Below, piece by piece: positions 18,722-27,943 of a DNA stretch of 64,000 nt. The notes under the pieces are model-generated. The model was not told where the DNA came from. It worked only from the letters and a program-made list of their open reading frames with translations, and searched no databases. The translations under genes were made by a program, and so were the position numbers. Source of the stretch: an uncultured Nitrospina sp. (lineage in GTDB: Bacteria; Nitrospinota; Nitrospinia; Nitrospinales; VA-1); assembly GCA_913045445.1 (NCBI GenBank), contig CAJWQP010000001.1:7397-71396 (forward strand), in the 5' to 3' direction. Position 1 is the first letter of the stretch, and each line of letters begins with the position of its first letter.

Positions 18722-20332
18722 TCAAACGCCATCCATATTTTCCATTTGTTTTTTTGTTGCTTCGATAACAGTTACTGCAGTTTCTTCGTCAATACCCTCA
18801 ATCTCAGTCAGCTCCTCTATTCGCGTTACCGAAAGTTCAGCCAGAGTTTCAAAGCCACTTTTCATAAGTAGTTCAATTATGGAAGAATCGACTTCAGACA
18901 GTTGGTCGACTGGAATTTCCTGTTCATCCTCGTCTTCTTCACCGTCATCAGTAAGGTCACTTTCAGCTTCTTCAGGGCCTCCGCTATCCGCTTTTTCTGG
19001 TTCCTCTCCAGTTTCTTCGGCGGTCGTTGCGGCTTCTTCTTCTATGTTCAAGGATGCTTCTTTGAGCTCTTCGGCGAATTTTAAAATAGCCTCAGCTTTT
19101 TTAGGTCCTATCCCCGGCAAGGAGGTCAACCCTTTCAAGCCTTGCTCTAAGACGTTGTCAGTGGTGACCACGTTGCCCTCGAACAGGATGGCGGTGATTT
19201 TTTCTCCCAGACCTTTAGCTCCTTTGACTTCTTCAAGAAAATTGACTCTAGTTGATGTCTGTTTTGTTGGCGAGAGCAACCCTGATGCATCTAACGCATT
19301 AGGCGCATCTGACTGTCCCTGAATATCAATCTTTAGCTTTACCAGTTTTGCGGCCAGTCGGACGTTTTGTCCCTTTTTTCCAATTGCGAGTGACATTTGA
19401 TCGTCCGCCACAATTATCGTCATATGTTTATCATCGTCATTTTTAATGATGCGTGAAATTTTTGCCGGACTCAGGGCGTTTCTTATAAATACTTCCGGGT
19501 CATCAGAGTATTCAACGATATCAATTTTTTCTCCGCGAAGCTCCTGGACAATTGCCTGGACTCGCATTCCTCTCATTCCAACACAGGCTCCAACAGCATC
19601 AACATCACGATCATTGGTTCTGACCGCTATTTTTGTTCTACCATTGGGCTCGCGTACGATTCCCATGATCTCTACCATTCCTTCGCTGATTTCGGGAACT
19701 TCCAGTTCAAACAGATTCTTTATGAGTCCCACATGTGTTCGGGAGAGGATGACCGTAGCATTCCGTGCGGACTTTCTAATATCAAGAATATATGCGCGAA
19801 TTCGGTCGCCTCGGCTGAATGCTTCCCGGAATACCTGTTCTCGTCGTGGGAGAATTCCTTCAGCCTTTCCTAGATCAACAATGATGTCTCCATGCTCGAA
19901 ACGCTGAACAATACCGTTGATCAGCTCTCCTTTTTTATCCTGATAATCGTTGTAAACAAGATCAATTTCAGCATCACGCACTTTTTGCATGATCACTTGT
20001 TTGGCAAGTTGTGCGGCGATTCGACCAAAGTTTTTTAACGGCAGTTGGACCAGTAATTTCTCTCCTACCTCTACTGTAGGACTGATTGCCTTGGCATCGT
20101 CAAGTGAAATTTCTTCATCGGGGAGGTTGACTTCCCCAACGATAGCTTTTTCGGCAAAGACTTCGACCTCGCCGGTTTCGGCGTTGAAATCGGTTTGAAG
20201 CGGGCCGTCCGTTTCCAGTTTTTTACGTGCGGCGGCCTCCATAGCACTTTTAAGGGCGTCGATTAGGATATCCTTGTCGATCCCCTTTTCTCTACAGAGC
20301 TGGTCAATGATTCCTAAAACTTCGTTGTTCAT
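18722..20332 (-). CDS. nusA: Transcription termination/antitermination factor NusA (long form with acidic/HhH C-terminus)
   Basis: 536 aa with N-terminal, S1 and two KH domains, then an acidic linker and C-terminal repeats. Confidence 0.97.
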   Translation of the reverse strand: MNNEVLGIIDQLCREKGIDKDILIDALKSAMEAAARKKLETDGPLQTDFNAETGEVEVFAEKAIVGEVNLPDEEISLDDAKAISPTVEVGEKLLVQLPLKNFGRIAAQLAKQVIMQKVRDAEIDLVYNDYQDKKGELINGIVQRFEHGDIIVDLGKAEGILPRREQVFREAFSRGDRIRAYILDIRKSARNATVILSRTHVGLIKNLFELEVPEISEGMVEIMGIVREPNGRTKIAVRTNDRDVDAVGACVGMRGMRVQAIVQELRGEKIDIVEYSDDPEVFIRNALSPAKISRIIKNDDDKHMTIIVADDQMSLAIGKKGQNVRLAAKLVKLKIDIQGQSDAPNALDASGLLSPTKQTSTRVNFLEEVKGAKGLGEKITAILFEGNVVTTDNVLEQGLKGLTSLPGIGPKKAEAILKFAEELKEASLNIEEEAATTAEETGEEPEKADSGGPEEAESDLTDDGEEDEDEQEIPVDQLSEVDSSIIELLMKSGFETLAELSVTRIEELTEIEGIDEETAVTVIEATKKQMENMDGV

Positions 20333-20352
20333 TTTTTATTAGAATTTACAAT

Positions 20353-20808
20353 TCAATAATTAAGTTTAGCTTGAGCAATCTTAGTCAACTGAATTTCTAA
20401 AACATTGCCACCATCTTCCAGAAACAGAACTCCACTGGTGAAGTCCTTGAGTGTACCCGAAAATTTTTTTCTCCCGTCAATGGGTGAAAAGGTTTTAACC
20501 AGAATCCGCTTTCCTTTGTTTCTTAAAAAATCCTGTTCTTTTTTAAGCGGTCGATCCAATCCGGGGGAAGAGACCTCCAGAATGTAAGGGTCGGAGATCA
20601 ATTCGTGGACTTCAATCAAGTCTTCTATCAACCGACTTAATTTTTGACAGTCGCCAATGGTTACTCCCTGGGTTTTATCGATGAATATCCGAAGGGTCCA
20701 GCTTTTTCCGACCTTCTTGTACTCGACATCAACCAAGTCGATATTATTTTCTCTGGCTATCGGCTCAATCAGCTCGGTAACAGCCTGATAAATAGAGGAC
20801 TTCCTCAT
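20353..20808 (-). CDS. rimP: Ribosome maturation factor RimP
   Basis: 151 aa directly upstream of nusA. Contains 'LEVSSPGLDRPL'. Confidence 0.9.
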   Translation of the reverse strand: MRKSSIYQAVTELIEPIARENNIDLVDVEYKKVGKSWTLRIFIDKTQGVTIGDCQKLSRLIEDLIEVHELISDPYILEVSSPGLDRPLKKEQDFLRNKGKRILVKTFSPIDGRKKFSGTLKDFTSGVLFLEDGGNVLEIQLTKIAQAKLNY

Positions 20809-20922
20809 GTTTCAGCAGTTATACTCATTTCGAAACTCTTGTTTTGGTCTCGACCAGAACGCCCATTAATTTGTAGGGGTCAGGATTTTGGAGCATGAGT
20901 GATTTTTTCCTGCAGTGTTCTG

Positions 20923-20958
20923 AAAAAACCAAAAAAAAATGCGGGGCTTAGCCCGCAT
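20923..20958 (-). terminator. Intrinsic terminator downstream of proS
   Basis: On the minus strand, the ATGCGGG/CCCGCAT stem is followed by a run of about 9 U and then GGUUUUUU. Confidence 0.75.
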
Positions 20959-21049
20959 TCCTAGCAGGACCTGAATTTTCGGCTAAATTCTACTAAAACG
21001 GGGCGGGAGTTGCAAGCGAAACTTTTTTCTTTATAGGGAGTTATCAGAA

Positions 21050-22759
21050 TTACAACTCAGCGAGAATCTCTGGAACTGTGGAGATTTCTTCCGGAAACGA
21101 GATGAGTTTCGACTCGCCCGTTTTTCTTGATTTCAGCTCTACTTTTCCTTCGTCAAGATTTTTTGGACCAATTATTATCTGTAGTGGGATGCCAAGTAGT
21201 TCCGCGTCCTTGAATTTTACACCCAGTCGGTCTGACCGATCATCGAGCAGGGTTTCCACACCCTGTTCCCAGAGAGTTTTATAGATTGTTTCTGCCGCCG
21301 AGCGAACTGCATCCACTTTAAAGTTAACTGGCAGGATAACCGCTTGAAAAGGGGCTAGTGGAAGTGGCCAGATTATTCCTTTTTCGTCATAGTTCTGTTC
21401 AATGGCGGCGGCGGCGGTCCGTCCGACACCTATACCATAACAACCCATGATCATGGGTTTCTCTTTACCCTGATCATCCAGATAGTGGGCTTTCATGGCT
21501 TCGCTGTATTTTGCTCCGAGTATGAAAATATGACCCACTTCGATACCCCGTTTGATTTTATATTTTCCAGAATCGCATTTGGGGCAACGGTCTCCCTCGT
21601 TGATGTCTCTGAGGTCACCCACTTTTTCGACCTTCAGGTCTCGTCCAAATTGAACGCCGGTCAAATGGGTATCGGCCTTGTTTGCTCCGGTGATGCCGTT
21701 GGACATATGCGTAATTTCTGTGTCGGCGAAAACTTTAAGTTGCGTGCCAACGGGTCCCAGGTATCCGCAAGGTACCCCGGTCTCTTTTGTGATGAGTTCT
21801 TCTGGTGCGGGATTGAGCCATTCACAATCGATCAGGTTTTTCAGTTTGACGGGGTTGATTTCCCGGTCGCCACGGACGAGCCCTGCAACCAGCCCTTGAT
21901 CAGTTTCAAAGACAATAGTTTTTATGAGTTTATCGGAAGACACATTGAGGAACTGAGTGACTTCTTCCACAGACTTCTTCCCGGGGGTGGAGACTTCTTT
22001 TATATCTTCTTCTGATGTTGACTCGCTGTTTGGTTTTGCGGCTCTGGCCTCAGCCTTTTCAAGATTAGAGGCATAATCGCATGAATCGCAGAATCCGATA
22101 CGGTCTTCGCCGGAGTCTGCAAGCACAACGAACTCATGGGAGAAACTTCCGCCTATAGTGCCGCTGTCTGCTTCCACCATTTTAAAGTCGAGGCCGCATC
22201 TTTCAAAGATTCGGGAATAGGCTTCGGCCATTTGTGAATAAGTTTCGCGTGTACTTTCCTCGGTGGTATGAAAGCTATAGGCATCTTTCATTGTAAATTC
22301 GCGACCACGCATGATGCCGAAACGCGGCCTGACTTCATCGCGGAATTTGGTTTGAATCTGGTACAGGGTGATGGGTAGTTGACGGTAGGAATGAACGTCA
22401 CGGCGTACTATGTCGGTGATGATTTCTTCGTGAGTCGGCCCATAGCAAAATTCGCGATCATGCCGGTCTTTTAAGCGTAAAAGTTCCTTTCCATAAAATT
22501 CCCAACGACCACTTTCTTCCCACAATTCGGCGGGCTGGACGCTGGGCAGGAACACTTCCTGTCCTCCTATCCGGTTCATTTCCTCTCGAACGATCTGTTC
22601 GACTTTCTTGAGCACTCGCAGTCCGAGTGGGAGGGTAGAATAGATACCGGCGGCCATTTGGCGGATCATCCCCGCGCGGACCATGAGTTTATGGCTGATC
22701 ACCTCAGCGTCTGCAGGTGACTCTTTCAGTGTGGGAATCAGTATTTTTGAGTAGTACAT
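21050..22759 (-). CDS. proS: Proline--tRNA ligase (bacterial type with editing insertion)
   Basis: 569 aa with class II motifs ('FRDEVRPRFGIMRGREF', 'GCYGIGVGR') and an INS domain. Confidence 0.97.
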   Translation of the reverse strand: MYYSKILIPTLKESPADAEVISHKLMVRAGMIRQMAAGIYSTLPLGLRVLKKVEQIVREEMNRIGGQEVFLPSVQPAELWEESGRWEFYGKELLRLKDRHDREFCYGPTHEEIITDIVRRDVHSYRQLPITLYQIQTKFRDEVRPRFGIMRGREFTMKDAYSFHTTEESTRETYSQMAEAYSRIFERCGLDFKMVEADSGTIGGSFSHEFVVLADSGEDRIGFCDSCDYASNLEKAEARAAKPNSESTSEEDIKEVSTPGKKSVEEVTQFLNVSSDKLIKTIVFETDQGLVAGLVRGDREINPVKLKNLIDCEWLNPAPEELITKETGVPCGYLGPVGTQLKVFADTEITHMSNGITGANKADTHLTGVQFGRDLKVEKVGDLRDINEGDRCPKCDSGKYKIKRGIEVGHIFILGAKYSEAMKAHYLDDQGKEKPMIMGCYGIGVGRTAAAAIEQNYDEKGIIWPLPLAPFQAVILPVNFKVDAVRSAAETIYKTLWEQGVETLLDDRSDRLGVKFKDAELLGIPLQIIIGPKNLDEGKVELKSRKTGESKLISFPEEISTVPEILAEL

Positions 22760-22854
22760 AATCGTAATCTTTCGTTATCTCCGGTTTCACTTGTTGCCGG
22801 ATTCTCGGAGGTTTCTTAATTAGCGTCAGGACCTTTTTTGGCGCAAGCGTGTAT

Positions 22855-24591
22855 TTAACTGTTAGACAGGAAGCGGTTGGCGAGTTCAATGTCTTCAGCA
22901 CGATGAATTTCCAGCCAGCCTTTGTGGATTTCCAAAAAATGGATCGCGTAACCTCTATCGATCATTTCCTGAATCAGGTCGGTGAGTTTGAATCGGGTGA
23001 TATCGTCCGATTCCTGAAACTTGCCATGGTAGTTTTTTGCGCAGTCTTCATAGGTTTGCAGAAACTGCTCCGCTCCTGTTTTGGTGAATTTTGCGAGACC
23101 TGTGAATTCGTGGGTGGCTGTTTCCGGATTCAGTTTGGAACCTATCTTGGAAATAATGTTTTCGCATACAAAGCTGATTTTTCTACGCGTGGGGTGATGT
23201 TTGTTTTTACTGATAACAAAATCCTGTACCTTGTTTTCTTCTGGCGCATGGTACTGAATAGTATTGTCCACTACAAGAACGATGTCTTCCTTGCAGGTGA
23301 GCAGTTTTGCCAATATGTGATCTTCGAGCAGGATGTCGGAATAGAGCATGATGAATCCGTTTGCCATCTTTTCCTGAGCGCCTATCAGGCTGTGTAGTTC
23401 GGAGCCTTTTTTATAATTTGTGTTTTCACGCAGGGTGACCCCTTCGGCTTTCATCTTGTCGCTAGCGTAGCCCGTGACCACGGTGATGTCTGCCAGGTTA
23501 TTGTTGTTGAGTGTGCTTGTTTGCCAGTTGAGAAGGGTTTTCCCCGCTATTTCCAGCATGGGTTTGGGTTTCCCGTTCAAGGCCGAGCCCAGTGTCGAGT
23601 CTTCTCCGGCGGCAGGAATAATGACGGGGATATTTGTGTTGTTTTCATCGAGCTTGTCTTTTTCTTTAACATCCAGAAATCCGACTGTTCTGAAAATTTC
23701 GCGGACGGGAGAACAAACTGGATCGACTTCGAATGACCGTTGGTTGAGGAGGATGGTGCGCGCAATTTCTTCCATCACCTTGTAGGCGCCTCTTAGCAAG
23801 TGGTTGGCGTATATGATGATGCGAAACCCGGCTGTCCGCAGTTCGTCCTCGGTCATTGTGTTATAGGTTGTCGGCACACACACCATGGGTTTATCAATTT
23901 TCATTTCCTGTATCATTTTCTGGTAGCGTTCAGCGAACTCCATGATTTGGGCTGGATCTTTTTCTTTGGAGTGGATCATCACTCCATCGGCTCCTGCTTC
24001 CAGGTAGGTTCGTGCTCTACTGAGCGCATCATCGACACTTTTCCCGGCGATCAGGCTTTCCAGTCGGGCGATGATCATAAAGTCGTTCGATATCTGAATA
24101 CTTTTCCCTCGGCGGATCTTCTGGGCAAATACTTCAGGCTCCTGAAGGGTTTGCTGGACACCGGCCTCAAGGCTGTTTCGCTTGGGAAAAACTTTGTCTT
24201 CTATGATGACGGCGGAAACTCCTGCTCGCTCAAGTTTGGTCACCATGTATTCAAAACTATTCGCGTCGCCTCCAGTGTCACCATCGACAATCATTGGCTT
24301 ATGAGTGACGGCCAGAATTTCATTGATCGATTGAAGTCTTGAGTCAAAGCTGATCACTTCTATGTCGGGATGTCCTTTGGAGGCGGAGTCGGTAAGACTG
24401 CTTTCCCATATTGCATCGAATTCTCTTTGGACGGATAATTCATCGGCTTGCCCTTCGACCCGTGTGTTATTAGCAATGATACCGCTCAGTCCGTTATGGG
24501 CTTCCAGTACGCGCACTGTTTTCCCGTCATCAAGAATCGCTTTTAATCTGGCGCGACGTGCTTCGGGAAGGATGTTGTTCAATAAGGTCAT
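22855..24591 (-). CDS. pepM: Phosphoenolpyruvate mutase fused to a LicC/PntC-like nucleotidyltransferase
   Basis: The N-terminal ~290 aa belong to the isocitrate-lyase/PEP-mutase superfamily and carry the PepM-diagnostic 'EDKVFPKRNS' (EDKx5NS). The C-terminal ~280 aa begin 'VIIPAAGEDSTLG...KPKPMLEIAGKTLL', a nucleotidyltransferase fold. Confidence 0.85.
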   Translation of the reverse strand: MTLLNNILPEARRARLKAILDDGKTVRVLEAHNGLSGIIANNTRVEGQADELSVQREFDAIWESSLTDSASKGHPDIEVISFDSRLQSINEILAVTHKPMIVDGDTGGDANSFEYMVTKLERAGVSAVIIEDKVFPKRNSLEAGVQQTLQEPEVFAQKIRRGKSIQISNDFMIIARLESLIAGKSVDDALSRARTYLEAGADGVMIHSKEKDPAQIMEFAERYQKMIQEMKIDKPMVCVPTTYNTMTEDELRTAGFRIIIYANHLLRGAYKVMEEIARTILLNQRSFEVDPVCSPVREIFRTVGFLDVKEKDKLDENNTNIPVIIPAAGEDSTLGSALNGKPKPMLEIAGKTLLNWQTSTLNNNNLADITVVTGYASDKMKAEGVTLRENTNYKKGSELHSLIGAQEKMANGFIMLYSDILLEDHILAKLLTCKEDIVLVVDNTIQYHAPEENKVQDFVISKNKHHPTRRKISFVCENIISKIGSKLNPETATHEFTGLAKFTKTGAEQFLQTYEDCAKNYHGKFQESDDITRFKLTDLIQEMIDRGYAIHFLEIHKGWLEIHRAEDIELANRFLSNS

Positions 24592-24593
24592 GT

Positions 24594-24893
24594 TCAGTTT
24601 CCTATGTTGCTGTCAGGCTCAAGACGCTCTCTAATCCATGAGGGCAGGTAAATATCTTCCATGTCGAATTTTTTCAGGGTTTGGAGAATGACTTCATTCT
24701 GCTCTTCGATTGATAGAAGGTTATCAAGAATTATCATCTTTTTACCTTTTACTTTGCAATAGCCACTTTGAATCATAATCTCCGGATCAAACAAACTGTC
24801 GGTCACTATCTCAATTGAAAGCTTGTTTGCGGCTTCTTTCAGATCTTCCAGTTGGGATAGCGGATCCATCACAGGCACCGGATTGATTGTCAA
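24594..24893 (-). CDS. Hypothetical 99-aa protein, translationally coupled to pepM fusion
   Basis: Its TGA stop lies 2 nt before the pepM ATG, and an AGGA sits inside its 3' end. I recognise no family. Confidence 0.5.
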   Translation of the reverse strand: MTINPVPVMDPLSQLEDLKEAANKLSIEIVTDSLFDPEIMIQSGYCKVKGKKMIILDNLLSIEEQNEVILQTLKKFDMEDIYLPSWIRERLEPDSNIGN

Positions 24894-24916
24894 TTTTTCA
24901 AGACCGGCAGGGCTGG

Positions 24917-26284
24917 TTAATTAATAATTCGCATTATGTCATTGTAGAAGGCGAACACCATCAGACTGATCAACATGAACAGCCCCACCTGTTGCGCGCG
25001 TTCCCGGTTCATCTCGCTCACAGGCCGTCCTTTGATCATCTCTATCAGGAAAAAGAAAATATGTCCTCCATCGAGAATGGGGATTGGGAGTAGATTGATC
25101 AGCCCCAAGTTGATGCTTAACAGGGCTGTGAGCCTGATGAATTCGCTAAAACCCTGTTCGGCTTGTTCTCCGTAAATTTGAAAGATCAGGATGGGGCCGC
25201 CAATCTGGTCTGCCGGGATTGAACCGAAGATCATTTTCTGGACGCTGATCGCGATCAAAGAGGTCATTTTCCAGGTTTCTTTGATGGATCGCACGATGGA
25301 ACCCAACAGGCCGTATTGCTCGAGCACCATTTTACCGCTCATTCCTACACCGATTTCTCCGATCTTTAATTCCTTACCCTCGCTGTCCCTAACTATTTTG
25401 GGTGTAGTGGTGAGGGGAACCAGAATTTCGGTGCCGTTGCGTCCGATTTTAAAAACCAGTGGCACTCCAGGTTCATCCACAGCGGCAGGTCTAAGATCTG
25501 TCCAGCCGAATATAGGAGTGTTTCCCACGGCCATGATGCGGTCATTGAGTTGAAGTCCAGCTTTTTCGGCGGCACTGCCTTTTTTGATATAGGTGATGGT
25601 ATTTACCAGCGGGGTGATGCCGATGAGACCCACTTGCTGACTGTCACCAAAAGGATCTTTGATCTCCTCCGCTATTGGAGTGATTTTAATATTTACAATT
25701 TGACCAGACTGACGCTCTACCTGAAAATCGAGTTCTTTGCCGGGTGAGTGGTAAACCTTGTTTTGCAACTCGTCCCAGAGCCGGATCGATTTTCCTCCGA
25801 CGGCAATAATCTGATCACCTGTCTGAAGTCCAGCCACCTGGGCGGGTGAATTTTCCTTTACGGTGCCGATGACAGGACTGAGGGCTTCCACCCCGCCCAT
25901 ATAGACAAATATATAAATCGCCAATGCGAACAGAATATTGAAAAGTGGACCGGCAAAAGCTATGAGGAGACGGTGTGACGGCAGAGCGGCTGAAAATGAA
26001 CCTTCTTCATTTGTTTCTTCATCCAGTTCCTCTCCTTTCATTTTGACGTAGCCGCCTAATGGGATGGCGGCAACGATATATTCGGTTTCACCTCGTGTCG
26101 TGCCAAATATTTTTTTTCCGAATCCGATTGAGAATTTTTCAACAACAACACCGCATCTGCGGGCGGCAAGAAAATGGCCCAACTCGTGAACAAAGATGAG
26201 CGCGGCCAGGCCAATCAGAAATGCTAGCATCTTACCGCCAAAGGCGGCTACTGCACTTAAGGATAGTGTGGAGAGTTCAAACAT
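24917..26284 (-). CDS. rseP: RIP metalloprotease RseP (site-2 protease)
   Basis: 'HELGHF' zinc motif, two PDZ domains, and a C-terminal membrane domain with 'NLLPIPILDGG'. Confidence 0.9.
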   Translation of the reverse strand: MFELSTLSLSAVAAFGGKMLAFLIGLAALIFVHELGHFLAARRCGVVVEKFSIGFGKKIFGTTRGETEYIVAAIPLGGYVKMKGEELDEETNEEGSFSAALPSHRLLIAFAGPLFNILFALAIYIFVYMGGVEALSPVIGTVKENSPAQVAGLQTGDQIIAVGGKSIRLWDELQNKVYHSPGKELDFQVERQSGQIVNIKITPIAEEIKDPFGDSQQVGLIGITPLVNTITYIKKGSAAEKAGLQLNDRIMAVGNTPIFGWTDLRPAAVDEPGVPLVFKIGRNGTEILVPLTTTPKIVRDSEGKELKIGEIGVGMSGKMVLEQYGLLGSIVRSIKETWKMTSLIAISVQKMIFGSIPADQIGGPILIFQIYGEQAEQGFSEFIRLTALLSINLGLINLLPIPILDGGHIFFFLIEMIKGRPVSEMNRERAQQVGLFMLISLMVFAFYNDIMRIIN

Positions 26285-26317
26285 GAATAGAGGTCACCGT
26301 TAAAGTTGGGGTCACCG

Positions 26318-26974
26318 TTAGGGGGTGGGCATGAAATCCTGAATTTCTACCCCCGCAGGGACTTGAAAATCAAAAGTACTTTCCGCTATTTCTTCGTTGA
26401 TGCGGATGTCGCTAAAACTGATATCTGTTTTATTACCTAATTTATCATACACGCTGGCCCCGGTAATTTGGTAGTTTTTTTTATTCGTCCGCAGGACCAT
26501 ACGACTTAAATTACTGTCTTCTTCTTTTGGAATGAAGACGACGGTTATCTCATTTTCTCCAGGTATAACCTGGGCAATGTTGAAGGTGTCTGTCAGTTTC
26601 CCTCTTCCTGCCAGAAACAGGGCTGGGGTGTTGGAGGAATATATGTTTTCTACAGGCATCCTTGTGGCCTGGCCTTCTTCGGGCAGGTAGAGCCATAAAG
26701 TTTTTTGATTGCTGATAAGGACCTGAGGGTCTGGAGAGTTGTATGCCCATTTCATTTTTCCGGGTTTTTTGATCTGGACGATTCCTTTGGTGGTTTCTAC
26801 CCGGTTCATCATTTTGACAAAGGCTTTTTGTTCGAAGGTTGCTTTGAATGTCTGGAGGGATTCATAATTTTTCTGGATCGCATCGACAGTGGCTTGTTCG
26901 TTGCTGGTAGACCAGGCCTGATTGGTCCAGCCAAGAAACAATAAACATGTGAGCAATTTGATATGTTTTCTCAA
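26318..26974 (-). CDS. lolA: LolA-like outer-membrane lipoprotein carrier
   Basis: Signal peptide followed by 'FKATFEQKAF...KPGKMKWAYNSPDPQVLISNQKTLWLY', which fits the LolA pattern. Confidence 0.7.
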   Translation of the reverse strand: MRKHIKLLTCLLFLGWTNQAWSTSNEQATVDAIQKNYESLQTFKATFEQKAFVKMMNRVETTKGIVQIKKPGKMKWAYNSPDPQVLISNQKTLWLYLPEEGQATRMPVENIYSSNTPALFLAGRGKLTDTFNIAQVIPGENEITVVFIPKEEDSNLSRMVLRTNKKNYQITGASVYDKLGNKTDISFSDIRINEEIAESTFDFQVPAGVEIQDFMPTP

Positions 26975-27006
26975 TGGGATACCTTGTTAGAATATTTGGT
27001 GTCAGT

Positions 27007-27627
27007 TCAGAGCTTTTTGTGCTTCACGGCCCTGCCGCCCAAAATTATTTTTTTTTCAGCGATGAGCTTGATGGCTTTTGGATAAAGAATATGCTCCTGT
27101 TCAAGTATGCGCTGGGTCAGAGACTCTTCATCGTCATGATCGAAAACGGGAACGGCGGTTTGCATGATTATGGGTCCGCTGTCAATTCCTTCGTCAACGA
27201 AGTGGACAGTGCATCCAGAAAACTTAACCCCATAATCAATGGCTTGTTTTTGGGCATCCAGGCCGGGAAAAGCCGGAAGCAGGGAAGGGTGAATGTTTAC
27301 GATTCTGCTTGCAAAAGTCTGAATGAACTCCCCACCCAGAATGCGCATATAGCCGGCGAGGCAAATAAGGTCAACGGACCTTTCTTTTAATTTATCTATC
27401 ACGGCTTTGTCGAATGCTTTTCTGTCGGGGCTGGCGGCTGGATCGATGAAAACTGTTTCGATTCCATGCTTTTCGGCTCGCTTCAGGGCCGGGGCATCCT
27501 TCACATTGCTGATTACGATTGACAGTTGAATATCTGGTGCGTCCTGCTCAATGCTGTCGATTATAGCTTGTAGATTAGAACCGCGACCGGAAACGAGCAC
27601 AGCTAACTTGAATTTTTTCAATGACAT
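27007..27627 (-). CDS. purN: Phosphoribosylglycinamide formyltransferase
   Basis: 'VLVSGRGSNLQA' and 'NIHPSLLPAFPG'. 206 aa. Confidence 0.93.
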   Translation of the reverse strand: MSLKKFKLAVLVSGRGSNLQAIIDSIEQDAPDIQLSIVISNVKDAPALKRAEKHGIETVFIDPAASPDRKAFDKAVIDKLKERSVDLICLAGYMRILGGEFIQTFASRIVNIHPSLLPAFPGLDAQKQAIDYGVKFSGCTVHFVDEGIDSGPIIMQTAVPVFDHDDEESLTQRILEQEHILYPKAIKLIAEKKIILGGRAVKHKKL

Positions 27628-27652
27628 TCAGGTATTCCGAGAATATTATGTT

Positions 27653-27686
27653 CCCCATGCTTCGCTCTGGGCAGGACTCTTCCTGG
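27653..27686 (-). repeat. Intergenic repeat family 1, copy C (partial, inverted)
   Basis: The reverse complement reads 'CCAGGAAGAGTCCTGCCCAGAGCGAAGCATGGGG' and matches the core of copies A and B. Confidence 0.65.
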
Positions 27687-27886
27687 GTCGAAGCACCAGA
27701 GTATTCATATCATTGAGAGCTTAACATTTCCCGTACAACAGTACAAACTGTTCAAGACAAAGGTCGATAGTGGTTTTTGGAGATTGGCCTGTTTTGGGAA
27801 TGAATCATTTTGTTAAATAAAAATGAAATAATTCGACCCATTAACGAATCTACAAGAGTGTGGGATTTATTCCACCCCTTTGTACG

Positions 27887-27932
27887 TCCGCCTGTCTTGT
27901 GGGTACCTCCCTTGGCAGGCGGATTTTTTTTT
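27887..27932 (+). terminator. Orphan intrinsic terminator (no upstream + strand gene)
   Basis: Stem TCCGCCTG / CAGGCGGA with a 21-nt loop, followed by a run of 9 T. Confidence 0.6.
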
Positions 27933-27943
27933 AAATTCCTCAG

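Noticed and set aside
16427-20198. Plus-strand ORFs antisense to infB and nusA, including Phe/Arg-rich and Ser-rich low-complexity translations (18065-18560, 18879-19322).
   Set aside because: They are mirror images of the Lys/Ala/Thr-rich IF-2 N-terminus and the acidic NusA tail, so they are artefacts of codon complementarity.
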